From positions 32,001 through 96,000 of the IMG/VR virus record IMGVR_UViG_3300033998_000198: a stretch of 64,000 nt of DNA; one strand, given 5' to 3'. Of this stretch, positions 28,501 to 39,000 are shown one piece after another. The notes beneath the pieces were generated by a model that did no database searches, was not told the DNA's origin, and saw only the letters and a program-made list of their open reading frames with translations. Made by a program: the position numbers and the translations under genes. This DNA is from a virus. How positions within the stretch are numbered: the first letter of the stretch is position 1; every line of letters begins with the position of its first letter.

Positions 28501-31161
28501 AACGGCCATAAACAAGACAAATATCCTATTGAGCATATGTGTCATGATATGACCCAGTACAATAAACGTGGAAGACTCCTTAGAGCATTCCCGACATTTA
28601 TATTTATGATGCTTGATGAAAACGGGGATTGGCTTGATGGAAAGAAATTGTGGACTAACTATTATTTCTATAGATCCATTATGGATATCCAGATTCATCA
28701 GGACAGGAAACAGCCCGTACATACTGCTATAATTAAGATCAGCAATGTGTACAACAACCTGGGAAAATCACCACCAAGGGAGTACGACTGGGTAAAAGAA
28801 CAGATGGGTGGAGGTATACAGGGATGGTTGTATGAAACCTTTGGTATTCAGGTTGGAACACCAAAGGCAACACAATCAATGGTTGAGAACAAGAACAAGG
28901 TTTTAAAACATGTTTACCTTGATGCAGGATGTAGAATTCATTTGAGAATTGGATACGGAAATGATGCCGAGATGCTGCCAATAACATTTACCGGCCAAAT
29001 AACCGAAATGGATACTGCTGAAATCATTACATTTGTAGCCCAGAGTGACGGTGTCGAACTTATTAATAGAGCTGTAGGGACAAACAACAAGAGTCAAACC
29101 AACACGCTGTTTAACATAGGCACAGAGCCTTCAAATATCATTAAGTCCTTGCTGTGTGACCGTGAGAGCGATTTCATATCATGGTGTAACCACAAATGGT
29201 ACGAGAACAGCAAGTATGGTATTCAGCATTTTGGAACTCCTACATTGGTTGATGACACCGGTTTTGTCAAGTTTAACATTGACAGGTTTGTTGATGTTAG
29301 TATGAACATGGCTTTTGATACTGAAACAATGAAAATGGTTCAGGCAATTAAGGCCGAGAAAAATCCTATGGCGGCTATAGGAGAATACTTTGAACAGACA
29401 TTTAAAGACTGGAAATGGACAGATCCTTCTACATGGTGGGAATCGTTCAAGAACATGTTCAAAGTTTTAGCCGCACTCACTCTTGAAGCCGGTATGAAGT
29501 TGGAGCTCAGTGTCGGACAGGCGATAGTTGATTTTGTTGCCGGTAACTACAAAAACATGTCGTGGCCTGAGTATTATGACATCATCAAGAACATTTATCT
29601 TGGAGGCATCAAGGGTGATGAAGAAAGGATGGAGGACTATGCCGCTATCCATATGAACCTTAATGGTAAATTGGCGATTGATCCGTTTGACGGCGAGGAA
29701 AATTTACGTGTGTTTATTTATAACAAATGTGTATGGGATATCATGCAGGTTGTAACACAGTCAATTCCTGAATTTGTATGCCAACCAATGTATCATCAGT
29801 TTGAAACAAGAGTATTCTTTGGTCATCCTTTTTGGCTCGCAAAATACAAATACTATTACGATGCCAAAGATAGGAAGATATACGAACATGAGAAACCTTT
29901 TACTCAGTTTCATCTGTATGATTCGTTGAGTGACATTATAGATAACCAAATCAAGGCTGATGGCAGGGGGCTTGCTACTAACATTATTGGTATGTATACA
30001 CTTGGCCATAGCTTAAAGACAACACCCACTATATTCGCAGACAAGACGATTGCGTGGGACTATCAGAAAACAAGGGTTATTGATACATCGTTTGTTCAGA
30101 ACTGGTTTGGGCCGGATATGTTGTACGAGTTTTTTGACGACTATAAGGCAGAGCGTACAGCAATCAGGATATGCACATCAAACCTGATAGACGGCTTCCA
30201 GTGTATTTACAAAGGCCCACTGATAGTAATAGGTGATTCCAGTGTAAAACCGTGCGATATCATAGGAATAACCGATAGCTACACTGGTATGTACGGATTA
30301 GCAGAGGTAAGGGAGGTATCACACTCGTTTAGTGTGGATACAGGATTTGTAACATCCATAACTCCAGACCTATATACAACCGGTGCTGGGTTTATGATGA
30401 AGCAGGATGCTCAGAGCGTATTCTTATCTCTTGCGATGGGATTTGGTGGTATTGTAGCACAACGTTCAGCAGGTATATTTGCTGCAAATACAGCCGTAAG
30501 ATATGCGGCTGCCGGTACTGGAGTTGCTATAGGGCTTGTTGCAATACGGGTTGGTGGACTGATAATCGATGGGTTCAGGACTGGGCGAATACTCCTTAAT
30601 GTCAAGGATTTTGCAGACACATTAAAGACAGCCAAAGAGATAAAGAACCTTACGAAAACGATTAAAGAAGTCAAGAACATAAAAACAGCCGTCAATGTTG
30701 CAAAACAGGCTGGCATGGCAGCAAAGTCAATACAGGCTGAAGCTGCATTGCTCGGCACTGAGATACTCCCAGGTATAGGTACTATCGTCCTGTGGCTTGC
30801 AGCTACGATCGCAACCGAATGTCTATTAAAGGCAGTAGTTGACTTCTTTAGCTATCAGAACTGCATTAAGTGTTTCCCGCTCTTATATAATGGCAAACCA
30901 TTTATAGCAGGAGTTAAAGGACACACACAACTCATACCTGGATACAACGACATGGGTATGCTGGCTGACGACACAAGCAAGCCAATAGAAGAAGGTATTG
31001 AGATTGAAGGCGAATATGCAAACAGCTCTGCCGGCACAGCATCTGGTGGTTATGACGATGGACTTGGTTATACTGAAGGTCCTAAGATGAGCGGCGGCCC
31101 AATTGATGGTGCAAAGCCTGGAGAAGATGGCTATATGCCTGGTGCAGGATTATACGCATAG
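25531..31161 (+). CDS. Baseplate hub / tail-associated lysin with NlpC/P60 and lytic transglycosylase domains (1876 aa)
   Basis: GTG start after GAGGT. NlpC/P60 GCGYVWGA...FDCSGF (C at 27460)...PGDI...THIAM. SLT-like MMEIESN (E at 27919)...AVGICQI...NIECGAKEL...AYNMG. Hub-like C-terminal half (RIHLRIGYG...FTGQITEM...GDSSVKPCDII..D...G..EVREVSHSF..DTGFVTSITPD). Confidence 0.85.
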   Translation: MADYRKSTSLFSKYRDPGGISTGELLDRYYNIPEGRTTAPLSYLDNVDFPHRIFDFHYNFRLGDCQFKIPPEFIQVKTITETNSVVGIRQSTSLKTKSGYSRKQIVITLFFNGLNQINGYKCESPFSYPYYMDGLRSLLAQFKRTPFLPVVNELINGVHGIYNVALSNITINTVQGFPECLQAELTLLDFNVVPLIEAPPFMYHNMIDWDMFRWYYQQLLRPDDRVYDRNEHATTRLQPIQNTNLTGKFGLYILSEEALAAMNDGKYKPDLSDSSNYILCVDDETGIRLTDIFCGYSNVLPAIQLSKEGTPTYQYLGGTDATFTFIFETQDRDVVTALVDLNERCQRMVREYRKLHGLGFIKIENELVQMLGAQYVMFNTMDITTVPDFPDLFRIQIEAVSYDIDQSKKETLTGMKPFDGDGTLLARKVGTTYDWTEVAEPNTTITNTYMGLITKIRQDNYIEHKMKLMDLYPDLQLPTFEELDDFITTIREWRRSKGLQAYPLSGPYPKDDGRIKFSDPDFYVFYPIKYGDAQNIITGTGGNVGGETYDPDDGAISVAGIFKSGLYGATETTPGQHPKTQELLKLLESKIGCGYVWGAEGEILTQEGLAALKKQFGASHYDFVDDDGTRVLASKWIGKQVFDCSGFINWGLIQVGIAPKGYRTTHSTTFNDWCIEIKKSEILPGDIAMNSTHIAMISDPDKDQTIEAMGTRYGVVHGKIGNRFTKFGRLKGGKTKSSTTPTPNAATQQVSKAQTTDYNAKRDAYNPTYQAIYDYANIQCTKLGVPIRLMCAMMEIESNWTQWWTTAGKKADGKYHNAGDVVRSYANAVGICQIVHHSPNGTPVNNQYDYDKLQNDWRYNIECGAKELYECYKGASQRFTNEEDRARAAWCAYNMGRYASQSYTRWRDNPNRDDIKFKEYYEKQPWLSRIDTAKIPTSNGTDYTGSVEVPETDLSVTNNFASLNFNREEFGKDIRRLSDIHGGVKETKNFNGHKQDKYPIEHMCHDMTQYNKRGRLLRAFPTFIFMMLDENGDWLDGKKLWTNYYFYRSIMDIQIHQDRKQPVHTAIIKISNVYNNLGKSPPREYDWVKEQMGGGIQGWLYETFGIQVGTPKATQSMVENKNKVLKHVYLDAGCRIHLRIGYGNDAEMLPITFTGQITEMDTAEIITFVAQSDGVELINRAVGTNNKSQTNTLFNIGTEPSNIIKSLLCDRESDFISWCNHKWYENSKYGIQHFGTPTLVDDTGFVKFNIDRFVDVSMNMAFDTETMKMVQAIKAEKNPMAAIGEYFEQTFKDWKWTDPSTWWESFKNMFKVLAALTLEAGMKLELSVGQAIVDFVAGNYKNMSWPEYYDIIKNIYLGGIKGDEERMEDYAAIHMNLNGKLAIDPFDGEENLRVFIYNKCVWDIMQVVTQSIPEFVCQPMYHQFETRVFFGHPFWLAKYKYYYDAKDRKIYEHEKPFTQFHLYDSLSDIIDNQIKADGRGLATNIIGMYTLGHSLKTTPTIFADKTIAWDYQKTRVIDTSFVQNWFGPDMLYEFFDDYKAERTAIRICTSNLIDGFQCIYKGPLIVIGDSSVKPCDIIGITDSYTGMYGLAEVREVSHSFSVDTGFVTSITPDLYTTGAGFMMKQDAQSVFLSLAMGFGGIVAQRSAGIFAANTAVRYAAAGTGVAIGLVAIRVGGLIIDGFRTGRILLNVKDFADTLKTAKEIKNLTKTIKEVKNIKTAVNVAKQAGMAAKSIQAEAALLGTEILPGIGTIVLWLAATIATECLLKAVVDFFSYQNCIKCFPLLYNGKPFIAGVKGHTQLIPGYNDMGMLADDTSKPIEEGIEIEGEYANSSAGTASGGYDDGLGYTEGPKMSGGPIDGAKPGEDGYMPGAGLYA

Positions 31162-31178
31162 CATAACTATAAAATTTA

Positions 31179-31187
31179 TGGTATGAT
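31179..31187 (+). promoter_or_regulatory. Possible extended -10 promoter element (TG-N-TATGAT) ahead of the spike genes
   Basis: TGGTATGAT in a 44-bp intergenic gap; no convincing -35 hexamer. Confidence 0.25.
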
Positions 31188-31205
31188 GATTACGGGGGTG
31201 TAATT

Positions 31206-31586
31206 GTGAGTTTAAAAGAATTCATTCAAAAAGAGATTGTTCAACCACAACTCGATAATTACCATCAACCTGTCAAAGCTAAAGTATTAGGCTACAATGA
31301 AGTCATGAACCGTGCGACGATCCAGTACAAGGATTCATTTCAGCCGAACGGTTATACAGTATTAAGTGATGTGCCAGTCCAGTTAGGTTCCGGCGGGGTT
31401 CATTCCGCCGGACCATTCTACGGGGACGAGGTATGGGTAACTTTCCTTGGAGGAGATGTTAAGCGACCAACAATTGTTGCTCTTGTTGATGAAGGTTATG
31501 CACAAAGAACAAGAGCTCAAAGATATAAACATTCACGAAAGGGATCTTATATTGCAGATTCCATATGTGGCAGGGAGGATTGGTGA
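31206..31586 (+). CDS. Central spike N-terminal OB-fold protein (gpV/gp5-like; 126 aa)
   Basis: GTG start after GGGGGTG; AKVLGYN...RATIQY...LSDVPV...GDEVWVTFLGGD..RPTIV pattern of gpV/gp5 OB folds; follows the hub gene. Confidence 0.75.
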   Translation: MSLKEFIQKEIVQPQLDNYHQPVKAKVLGYNEVMNRATIQYKDSFQPNGYTVLSDVPVQLGSGGVHSAGPFYGDEVWVTFLGGDVKRPTIVALVDEGYAQRTRAQRYKHSRKGSYIADSICGREDW

Positions 31587-31587
31587 T

Positions 31588-32142
31588 ATGGGTGTGTACA
31601 AGTCAAGTAATACAATTCCAGGAACAAGTGACTGGTTGCAACCATCCAGCAACTTAATTCGTGGAAAGGACGATAATCCTTTAGCCGATCTTGACGCAAA
31701 GACTTCCTGGATTGGCCACCATTCACAATCAGAACCCGGTCTTGTCCATCCTTTTACAACATCTGTTGTAAAAATGAGGGATAATGGAATGATTGATATA
31801 TTTGTATCAACAAACCAAGGAATCAGGGTAGATCCAAACACACGTTCTATTACAATTATGGTTGACAACACAAAGATTAGAACACATGATTACAGAGCGT
31901 GGGTTGAGAATCACAGCATCACAAACGTAAGAAAGAACTTTGAAGCCAATGCTGATGTTAATATTAACCTTAATGCAAAGAAGGATATTAACATGAAGGC
32001 CAATGGTAAATGGAATGTAAACATTGTTGGTGATGTCAATATCCATACAGACAGCAACTTGAATGTAAGTGCTAACGGAAAGATGACATTCAAGGCCGGA
32101 GGGGATATAGACTTTAGCGGATCAAGGTATATCTGGAGGTAA
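31588..32142 (+). CDS. Central spike beta-helix protein (184 aa)
   Basis: Start moved from 31447 to ATG 31588 (GGAGG RBS at 31574-31578). Periodic beta-helix repeats NINLNAKKDINMKANGKWNVNIVGDVNIHTDSNLNVSANGKMTFKAGGDIDFSG. Confidence 0.75.
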   Translation: MGVYKSSNTIPGTSDWLQPSSNLIRGKDDNPLADLDAKTSWIGHHSQSEPGLVHPFTTSVVKMRDNGMIDIFVSTNQGIRVDPNTRSITIMVDNTKIRTHDYRAWVENHSITNVRKNFEANADVNINLNAKKDINMKANGKWNVNIVGDVNIHTDSNLNVSANGKMTFKAGGDIDFSGSRYIWR

Positions 32143-32144
32143 CC

Positions 32145-32513
32145 ATGAGTTATGCGTGTGTAATTGGTGCCGGCATGAGTGGTTCTGTTCCTCATCATGC
32201 CGAGCACATTATAGGATGGACCGGAGGAAAATATCCAAGTCCCATATATTGCAACGGACATAGTGTTACAGGAAACAACGACACAGCAGGACAAAACAAA
32301 ATGACTATTGAAGGTAAACTTGCAATTGTCGTTGGAGGATCTGGCCCGTCAACAGATCAGTGTGACGGAAGTCGATTCAGTAATACCGAAGGGTGCCCGT
32401 TCATGTTTATTCAAGGCAAACCTCTTGTGCTTACCGGGAATAAGGTAGACCTATACCCTGGCACAGGCAAGATGGTGTCCGCAAATCAAAGTAAATTCAT
32501 TGTATTGAGGTGA
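32145..32513 (+). CDS. PAAR-like spike tip protein (122 aa)
   Basis: Small Gly/His/Cys-rich protein after the spike with repeated (M/F)xIxGK(L/P)xxxxG units. Confidence 0.7.
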   Translation: MSYACVIGAGMSGSVPHHAEHIIGWTGGKYPSPIYCNGHSVTGNNDTAGQNKMTIEGKLAIVVGGSGPSTDQCDGSRFSNTEGCPFMFIQGKPLVLTGNKVDLYPGTGKMVSANQSKFIVLR

Positions 32514-32517
32514 TATT

Positions 32518-32916
32518 ATGTCAAGAGATGCTGTAGACTTATTCCTTTCTCCAGACGGTGACCTTGTAATATCAGGATCTGATTTCAAACTGGCTGAAGG
32601 CGACGAGTTCCTTTTACAGTCTGCACGGAATAGAATAAAATCGATTAAGAAAGATTGGTTCTATGACAATATTGGTGCCGATATGGAGGAAATCCTCGGC
32701 GAACCGAATACAAGAGAAGTTTCAGAAGTCGGAAAAGGTAAGATTATAGAAGCCCTTACATGCGACGGATTGTTCAGTTCGGATGAGATATACATTAAAG
32801 CTGCACCGACAAGCAGGAATGCAATTTTATACATTGTAGTCCTAAAGACAAAATCAGGTTCGCCAATAGTGTTAAACGTAACTCTTGACCTTGCAAAAGG
32901 TGTAACCTTATTATAG
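32518..32916 (+). CDS. gp25/gpW-like baseplate wedge protein (132 aa)
   Basis: DLFLSPDGDLVI...LQSARNRI...WFYDNIGADMEEILG pattern; canonical position before the J-like gene. Confidence 0.75.
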   Translation: MSRDAVDLFLSPDGDLVISGSDFKLAEGDEFLLQSARNRIKSIKKDWFYDNIGADMEEILGEPNTREVSEVGKGKIIEALTCDGLFSSDEIYIKAAPTSRNAILYIVVLKTKSGSPIVLNVTLDLAKGVTLL

Positions 32917-32927
32917 GGGGTTAAAAT

Positions 32928-33749
32928 ATGCAACTGTTAATGAAAAAGTCAATGGAGGACTTAATGGCTATATCGATGGAACGATTGGCCAAAACTCCAA
33001 TTAACGAAGTCAGCAAGGGTGGAGTAGCAAGACTGTTTCTTGCCGTTATCAATGAAAATACGGCAGGATTTTACGAAGCCCTTGAAGTAAATCATCTTAG
33101 GGCATTTCTGTCTACAGCAGATGATGAAGGACTTGACGCTATTGGTTACACGCTTTCATGCCCAAGAAACAGCGGCGAAGATACAGAAGCGTACAGATTT
33201 AGAATAAGCCAGCAATGCTTATCGCTTGCTTCCTCAAATGAAACTGCTGTTCGTCTTGCTGTCCTCTCCGTTCCTGATGTACAAGATGTTGTAATGAAAC
33301 GGTACACGATGGGGACTGGCTCATTTAGCATCTTTGTAGTTACAGCGACCGCAATTACTCCGCCTGAAACCATTAAGGCAATTGAAGCTGCTGTAGATAA
33401 AGCAGTAGGATATGGAATTAAATTCAACGTATCTGCTGCCGGCTATGTGCCTGTAGAAATAAAGGTTAAATTGATGTTTTCAAGTTCAACAGACCTTGCT
33501 ACCCAGCAAGCAGCAAAAACCCAGGTAACTACAGCATTAAGGGACTATTTAAACTCCAGAAGTATAGGTGAACCTCTCATAATCAACGAGATCACCCAGA
33601 GAATTATGGATGTTTCTGAGGACATTATCAATTACCAATTATACGAGCTGTACGTAAACGGCAAGAGAGTATTGAACAAAGACCAGAACTGCAAATGGAA
33701 TGAGAGATTCTGCGAAAGTCCTAAACCTAACGCCATAGTAGTGTCGTAG
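32928..33749 (+). CDS. Baseplate J-like protein (273 aa)
   Basis: LSTADDEGLDAIG...R..GEDTEAYRFRI and C-terminal VPDVQDV...GTGSFSIFV...IKAIEAAVDK..GYGI pattern. Confidence 0.8.
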   Translation: MQLLMKKSMEDLMAISMERLAKTPINEVSKGGVARLFLAVINENTAGFYEALEVNHLRAFLSTADDEGLDAIGYTLSCPRNSGEDTEAYRFRISQQCLSLASSNETAVRLAVLSVPDVQDVVMKRYTMGTGSFSIFVVTATAITPPETIKAIEAAVDKAVGYGIKFNVSAAGYVPVEIKVKLMFSSSTDLATQQAAKTQVTTALRDYLNSRSIGEPLIINEITQRIMDVSEDIINYQLYELYVNGKRVLNKDQNCKWNERFCESPKPNAIVVS

Positions 33750-33761
33750 GAGGGATGCAAG

Positions 33762-34850
33762 ATGGATACTAAATTTGCAAAGTACACAAAGAAGATCATC
33801 AATGCTTTGCCTTTCTGGTTTTCAATAAAGAAGAAACCACAAGAGGCTATAGGATCTTACTTTCTTGAAGTTACAGGTCTTGAAATGGATGAAATGGAAT
33901 ACATATTAAACTATGCATATCAGCAGACAAACCTACGCACTATTGATGAGAAATTTCTTGATATTATTTATAAAGGAGTTCTACCTAAATACATAACTGC
34001 TGATAATGAGCTTGAAGTTTATACAGAATCCAGCGTCGTATTAAAATACGCACCGACTGTTACCGATTTTTATTTATCAGCCAATTCAAGCACAATGATC
34101 AATCCAGAACTGTACTGGGACGACCTATACTACATAGATTATGAACATCAGTTTATCTATAGCAAGAAACAGTATAACGGCACGTTGCTGATGAAAATTG
34201 ACGGCGGTGAGGAGTACGAAATACAGCTACAACTTCATAATGTATGGAATTTCTTTGATGAGTTTGGCATGCTGTTATGTACGCCAAGGCTGTATGGTGA
34301 GAACAACTCCGAATATAAACAAAGGCTTCTCGATGTATTCAAGAATAAAGCCAATGCCTCAAAGGACGGACTGCTAAACGGTATCGCAAGAGAGCTTGGT
34401 TTAAGACGTGAGATTATGATAGAAGATGCGTCGCAGCCTACATTGATTACAGATCCAATGATTGTCCTGAATGAAATCAAGTTAAATGGCCAGTTCATTG
34501 ACCTTGATAGCGTGTACATCACAGAAGACAACTTTGTCTATATAGAAGGCAATCCGTTGTGGATTGGAACCCCGGCAACGATATCCTATGTAAGCGGCAT
34601 AGAAATGCATACGCTTCATAATCATGACGACCACAAGCTCCGACAAAGGCTGTTCAACGTTGACAATACAGGTACAAATTTGTTAAAATATTATGCAGGA
34701 AGAATCAGATCTGAAGTTCCTATCATGTGGGGGCAATGGAGATGGAACGAAGGATATTGGGATATAGCCGACGAGGATATGAGCGGCTATGGATATATAC
34801 CGAACATTATAGACTCAAAAATAACAGGGTTTAAAGCATACAGCAAATGA
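33762..34850 (+). CDS. Baseplate wedge protein (362 aa)
   Basis: WNFFDEFGMLL...RLYGENNSEYKQRLLDVF...GL.NGIARELG pattern; follows the J-like gene. Confidence 0.6.
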   Translation: MDTKFAKYTKKIINALPFWFSIKKKPQEAIGSYFLEVTGLEMDEMEYILNYAYQQTNLRTIDEKFLDIIYKGVLPKYITADNELEVYTESSVVLKYAPTVTDFYLSANSSTMINPELYWDDLYYIDYEHQFIYSKKQYNGTLLMKIDGGEEYEIQLQLHNVWNFFDEFGMLLCTPRLYGENNSEYKQRLLDVFKNKANASKDGLLNGIARELGLRREIMIEDASQPTLITDPMIVLNEIKLNGQFIDLDSVYITEDNFVYIEGNPLWIGTPATISYVSGIEMHTLHNHDDHKLRQRLFNVDNTGTNLLKYYAGRIRSEVPIMWGQWRWNEGYWDIADEDMSGYGYIPNIIDSKITGFKAYSK

Positions 34851-34907
34851 TGTCTAAACGACATCGCACAAGACTGTCGTTACCACATGACAGTCTTAAA
34901 TTTTATT
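34849..34907 (+). terminator. Tandem hairpins, possible weak intrinsic terminator
   Basis: GATGTC-TAAAC-GACATC (34849-34865), then AAGACTGTCGT-TACCAC-ATGACAGTCTT (34870-34897), followed by AAATTTTATT. Confidence 0.45.
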
Positions 34908-34923
34908 AGGGGGTTAAAAAGGT

Positions 34924-36003
34924 ATGTTTGTTATAGAATACACTCTTAAACTAACCACCTTTGTGAAGGCAACCCTTGAAATGCATTACTTCACAAGGAC
35001 TGAGCAATTCGAGGTTAATAAAAATATCGAGGAAGCATACAATAACGAAATCCTCTTAAAAGCCGGAAACATTCTTAATTACTTCGAAAACGAGATAAAA
35101 CAATACCTGGAAGAAAACTGGCTTACAATAGAGCAAATTGAAGTTGAAACTTATGAAGTAATATCAAACACTCCTGGTGTCGAAGTTTACTTTAAAAATC
35201 CAGAAGGCGACAACCTATTTACTTTGTCCCCTAACCTTATAGGATTCGTAGTAAAACCCCCTGTCGTAATTCCTGTACCAACAAACTTCAAAGGTACGCT
35301 TATTGACGACACAACTATACAATGGACATGGGATGCAGATAGCGAAGCTAAATACGGACATTTCTTGCTTAACGACAAAGGAGAAATCATAGCTCAGATA
35401 CCGGTAAGTATCCATTCGTATATCGAAAGTCTTTTGGAATACGACACAAATTATACAAGGATGCTTGTTAAGTACAACGACGAAGGAACGTCCGAGCCAG
35501 CCGGCCCCATAACCGTAAAAACAAACGAAAAAAAGACTGTACCAAGCAACCTGAAAAGGTATATAATAAAACCAAGGGACGAATATAGCGAGGAGATATT
35601 GGAAAAGGTAACGGAAAACATTGAAGCATTTCAGTCCGGAATTGGTCATGGACTTGATTTAATGGTTGACAAGACAAAAGATGATACCTTTCACACTGTC
35701 TTCACATTGAGTTCGTATTTGTACGGAACAAGAACTTATCAAGAACCAGTATACGGTCCGATCCCCTTTAATTATTCCATAACGGCAAAAGGAGAAAAAC
35801 CTGAACTTCACAAAGAAGGTAGCGTAAGATTTGTGTTATCTGCATATAAATTCTGTGATATTGACATCTCCTCCGTTGGAAAGATCTATGAACCGATAGA
35901 TGTCAAATGGAGAGCTGGAGTAGATATATCATACGAATATGTAGATCCTGCCAAACTCCAGGCATTACAGTCACAAGTCGACGAATACTACGAAATAAGC
36001 TAA
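34924..36003 (+). CDS. Structural protein with fibronectin type III-like domain (359 aa)
   Basis: PTNFKGTLIDDTTIQWTWD...SYIESLLEYDTNYTRMLVKYNDEGTSEP FN3 pattern. Confidence 0.65.
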   Translation: MFVIEYTLKLTTFVKATLEMHYFTRTEQFEVNKNIEEAYNNEILLKAGNILNYFENEIKQYLEENWLTIEQIEVETYEVISNTPGVEVYFKNPEGDNLFTLSPNLIGFVVKPPVVIPVPTNFKGTLIDDTTIQWTWDADSEAKYGHFLLNDKGEIIAQIPVSIHSYIESLLEYDTNYTRMLVKYNDEGTSEPAGPITVKTNEKKTVPSNLKRYIIKPRDEYSEEILEKVTENIEAFQSGIGHGLDLMVDKTKDDTFHTVFTLSSYLYGTRTYQEPVYGPIPFNYSITAKGEKPELHKEGSVRFVLSAYKFCDIDISSVGKIYEPIDVKWRAGVDISYEYVDPAKLQALQSQVDEYYEIS

Positions 36004-36018
36004 TGGAGGTATAGATAG

Positions 36019-39000
36019 ATGTATTTTGGCGAGAACTCAAGAATTGTTCCGGAAAGGAAATTAGAAATCATCCAGCAGCTTCATAACAATCTTATTGACA
36101 GATCAAAGGCAAAATACATAACCGTCGAAGCTGTTGAAGGAACAACACAATTCTATCCTGAAAAGATAAGCACTGTTTCCAGTCAGATTCATAGATTATA
36201 TGAATCTGAATTTTACGCAGGTTGGAAAGCAGACCCAGATACATTTATACACAAAGACTTATATAAGACTTATATTCTCGGCAAGAAGTATGCAACAATA
36301 CCTTACCTGTCAGACAAAGACCGTGGAGAAGATAGTGGCATTGTGTCTTGTGTTTTGGACTGTGTATGGCTATGGTATGACAACGACATTTACAATAGCA
36401 CTTCATGGGCAGACATACAGGCATTCATAAACCGGCACAAATCCGATAATCCATCGTTAAAAGTGCATGTAGATAACGGACCAAATGGCATATATATTGC
36501 CTGGGACGGATATATTACCTATAACCGGGCAACCGGACATACAGTTGTCAATCCTGATATCCTAAAGACAAACAAGATCATTTATAAGCTCGGTTTAAGG
36601 AATGATGCTGAAAGTGTCGTTATTGACATGAACATGCACTCCACATATTATAAAATACCTGACTGTATATACTTTGACAGAGGTAATTCCGTTGTCAAGA
36701 CTTTAGACCCAGGACTTGAATATATTGGAATGACTGCCGGAACTCAGTGTTGCTATGAGATGTCAGGAAACTACTATATCGATATATATTGCGGCGAGAA
36801 TGTTTCAACTATTACTCTCCCTCATGGCGGAGATTTTAGGTTGGTTCTCCATAATACCGGTATTGTTGATGTAATCTATAGCGATGACGAGCAATATATA
36901 GGTTATACTGTAGTTACGTTACCTTCTGCAAAAGACGATGCCATTGATATCGTGTTTTCAGTATACAGTGATGCCATTAAAACTGATATATATAGCATTA
37001 CACCTACACTTGTTGAGGAAGGTGTTATCAAAGAATATATTAAGAAAGATCATTATGCTACATATTACAAGACTACAACAATGATCCATTACATAAAAGA
37101 CATTAAGGCATTTGATGCTTCTGGACACGAAGATACGAGCCTTTTAATTCCTCATATCGCATATAGGCAGAAAATATCACCTATATGGAATAAATCATTG
37201 ATGTATACCAACTACTCTTGGAGGACAGGAAATGACGCATTAGCTATTGCTTCAGAGCCTTATGTGGCCAATAACGATCTAATTATTTGTGGTAACAGGA
37301 TATTTACATCAGGCGTGTCTGTCCATAATATCTTATATGACAAACTGCAAGTAAATTTTACAGCATTACAGAATGGTACTTTTAATTTATACGAGAATGC
37401 CGGGTTCTACTTTAAAGGGGTTCCTACTTGTCTTATAGACAATGAACTGTTTAAGAAAGTTGAACTGCAATTTGACGCATCCACAAAGGTTGACGTTGTA
37501 AAGAGTACAGACTACAGGCTCTGCTTAATTAATGAGTTTGAGCTTTCTCAGAATGCTGCAAAAGTATCATACCGTTTTAGTGTAAAAGGCGGAATGCTTG
37601 CTGAAGACGTAACAGTACCATGTACAGTAACACAGCACGTAAACTGCATCAATGAATCACAACTGCTGGACTGGTCTGGACATCCTGCAAACAGCTACTA
37701 TTGTATAAAGATTGCCAACGCATATCTGCCTGTTAAAACTGCATACACCAAGAACGGTTGTGGTGTATTTGAAATTAAATGGGCAAGTAAAAGATATATC
37801 GTATTTGGCAAAATAACAGGATGCAGTAATGGTATACTGGAACTTGAAGAAGAAGGATACAGAATTTGTGACATATCGACACACTCATTGCCAATCACAT
37901 TCCAGGCGTTAACTGTCGATACTGACGGTAATCCTCATATTATCTTCGGAGAGACCGATGATGTTCCTGTAACATATACCGATGTATCTTACATTGATGC
38001 TAACACTAACTTTTACCAGAATGTAAGGTATAGAGTTGGTGACGGTACAGGTATGCCTTCAGGCAGCATGCAGACATATGACAAACTGTACTATCTTGGA
38101 GTTAACAATGAAAACAGGTTTGCTCCAGTTGCATTGCCTGACAACAAGAAAACTGAAGATTATACATACTGTAAGTTGCCAAGAAGAAAAAACCCTGAGT
38201 ATATACCTCCTTATATTCCTAACCCTGGATATGATCCTACAGCATCAAGGTTTTATTATCTTCCGAAGCCAGAATCGTACAAATTTAAATGGGGAACAGG
38301 CGATGGAACAAGCCCGTATACCGGAAAAGATGGCGGTGGTGAATATCTGTCATTTGAATCGAGTGTAAACATAGAACATTATATCATTTTCAAATGCACA
38401 AATCCGAATGCTGTATTGAAAGTAAATAGTTCATGTTATTCGAGAAATTATCTGTCTGGCGGGTCAAGCTATGAATCTGTGTTCCTGCATAGCCATAGCT
38501 ATACACTTAATCCTGACGGATATGTTGAGATTGACGAACATGGTTATGATGTACGCATATCTTTTAGCGTTGAAGGATTAAACGCAGGAGATAAGTTCAC
38601 TGTCTTTCATGCAACTTACAACAAAAAAACATACACATGGTCCGGAAGCATAAATCCAAACGATTATGTTGAGGATACCGAAAATGTTCCAGTACATCCC
38701 AACCCAGCATATCCGCCTTCTCCAATTATGCCGAATCCGGACTACGATCCAAATGCTCCAGCAATGATTGACGACCCGAATTTTGTACCTACAATGGAGC
38801 CTATAACAGTGTATCTGGAAGATATTTATTATGCTAATAGCCTACACGGAGACGACGGAAAACCTGCAACGTATGAATATGCTATCGATCCGTCATACAG
38901 TAAGTTATACTTTGATTTTAAAGTATACGATAATAAAATTACATCTGCAATCCGCACAAAGATACTCATAACTCTTAAACGTGATGACGGATCAGGAATC

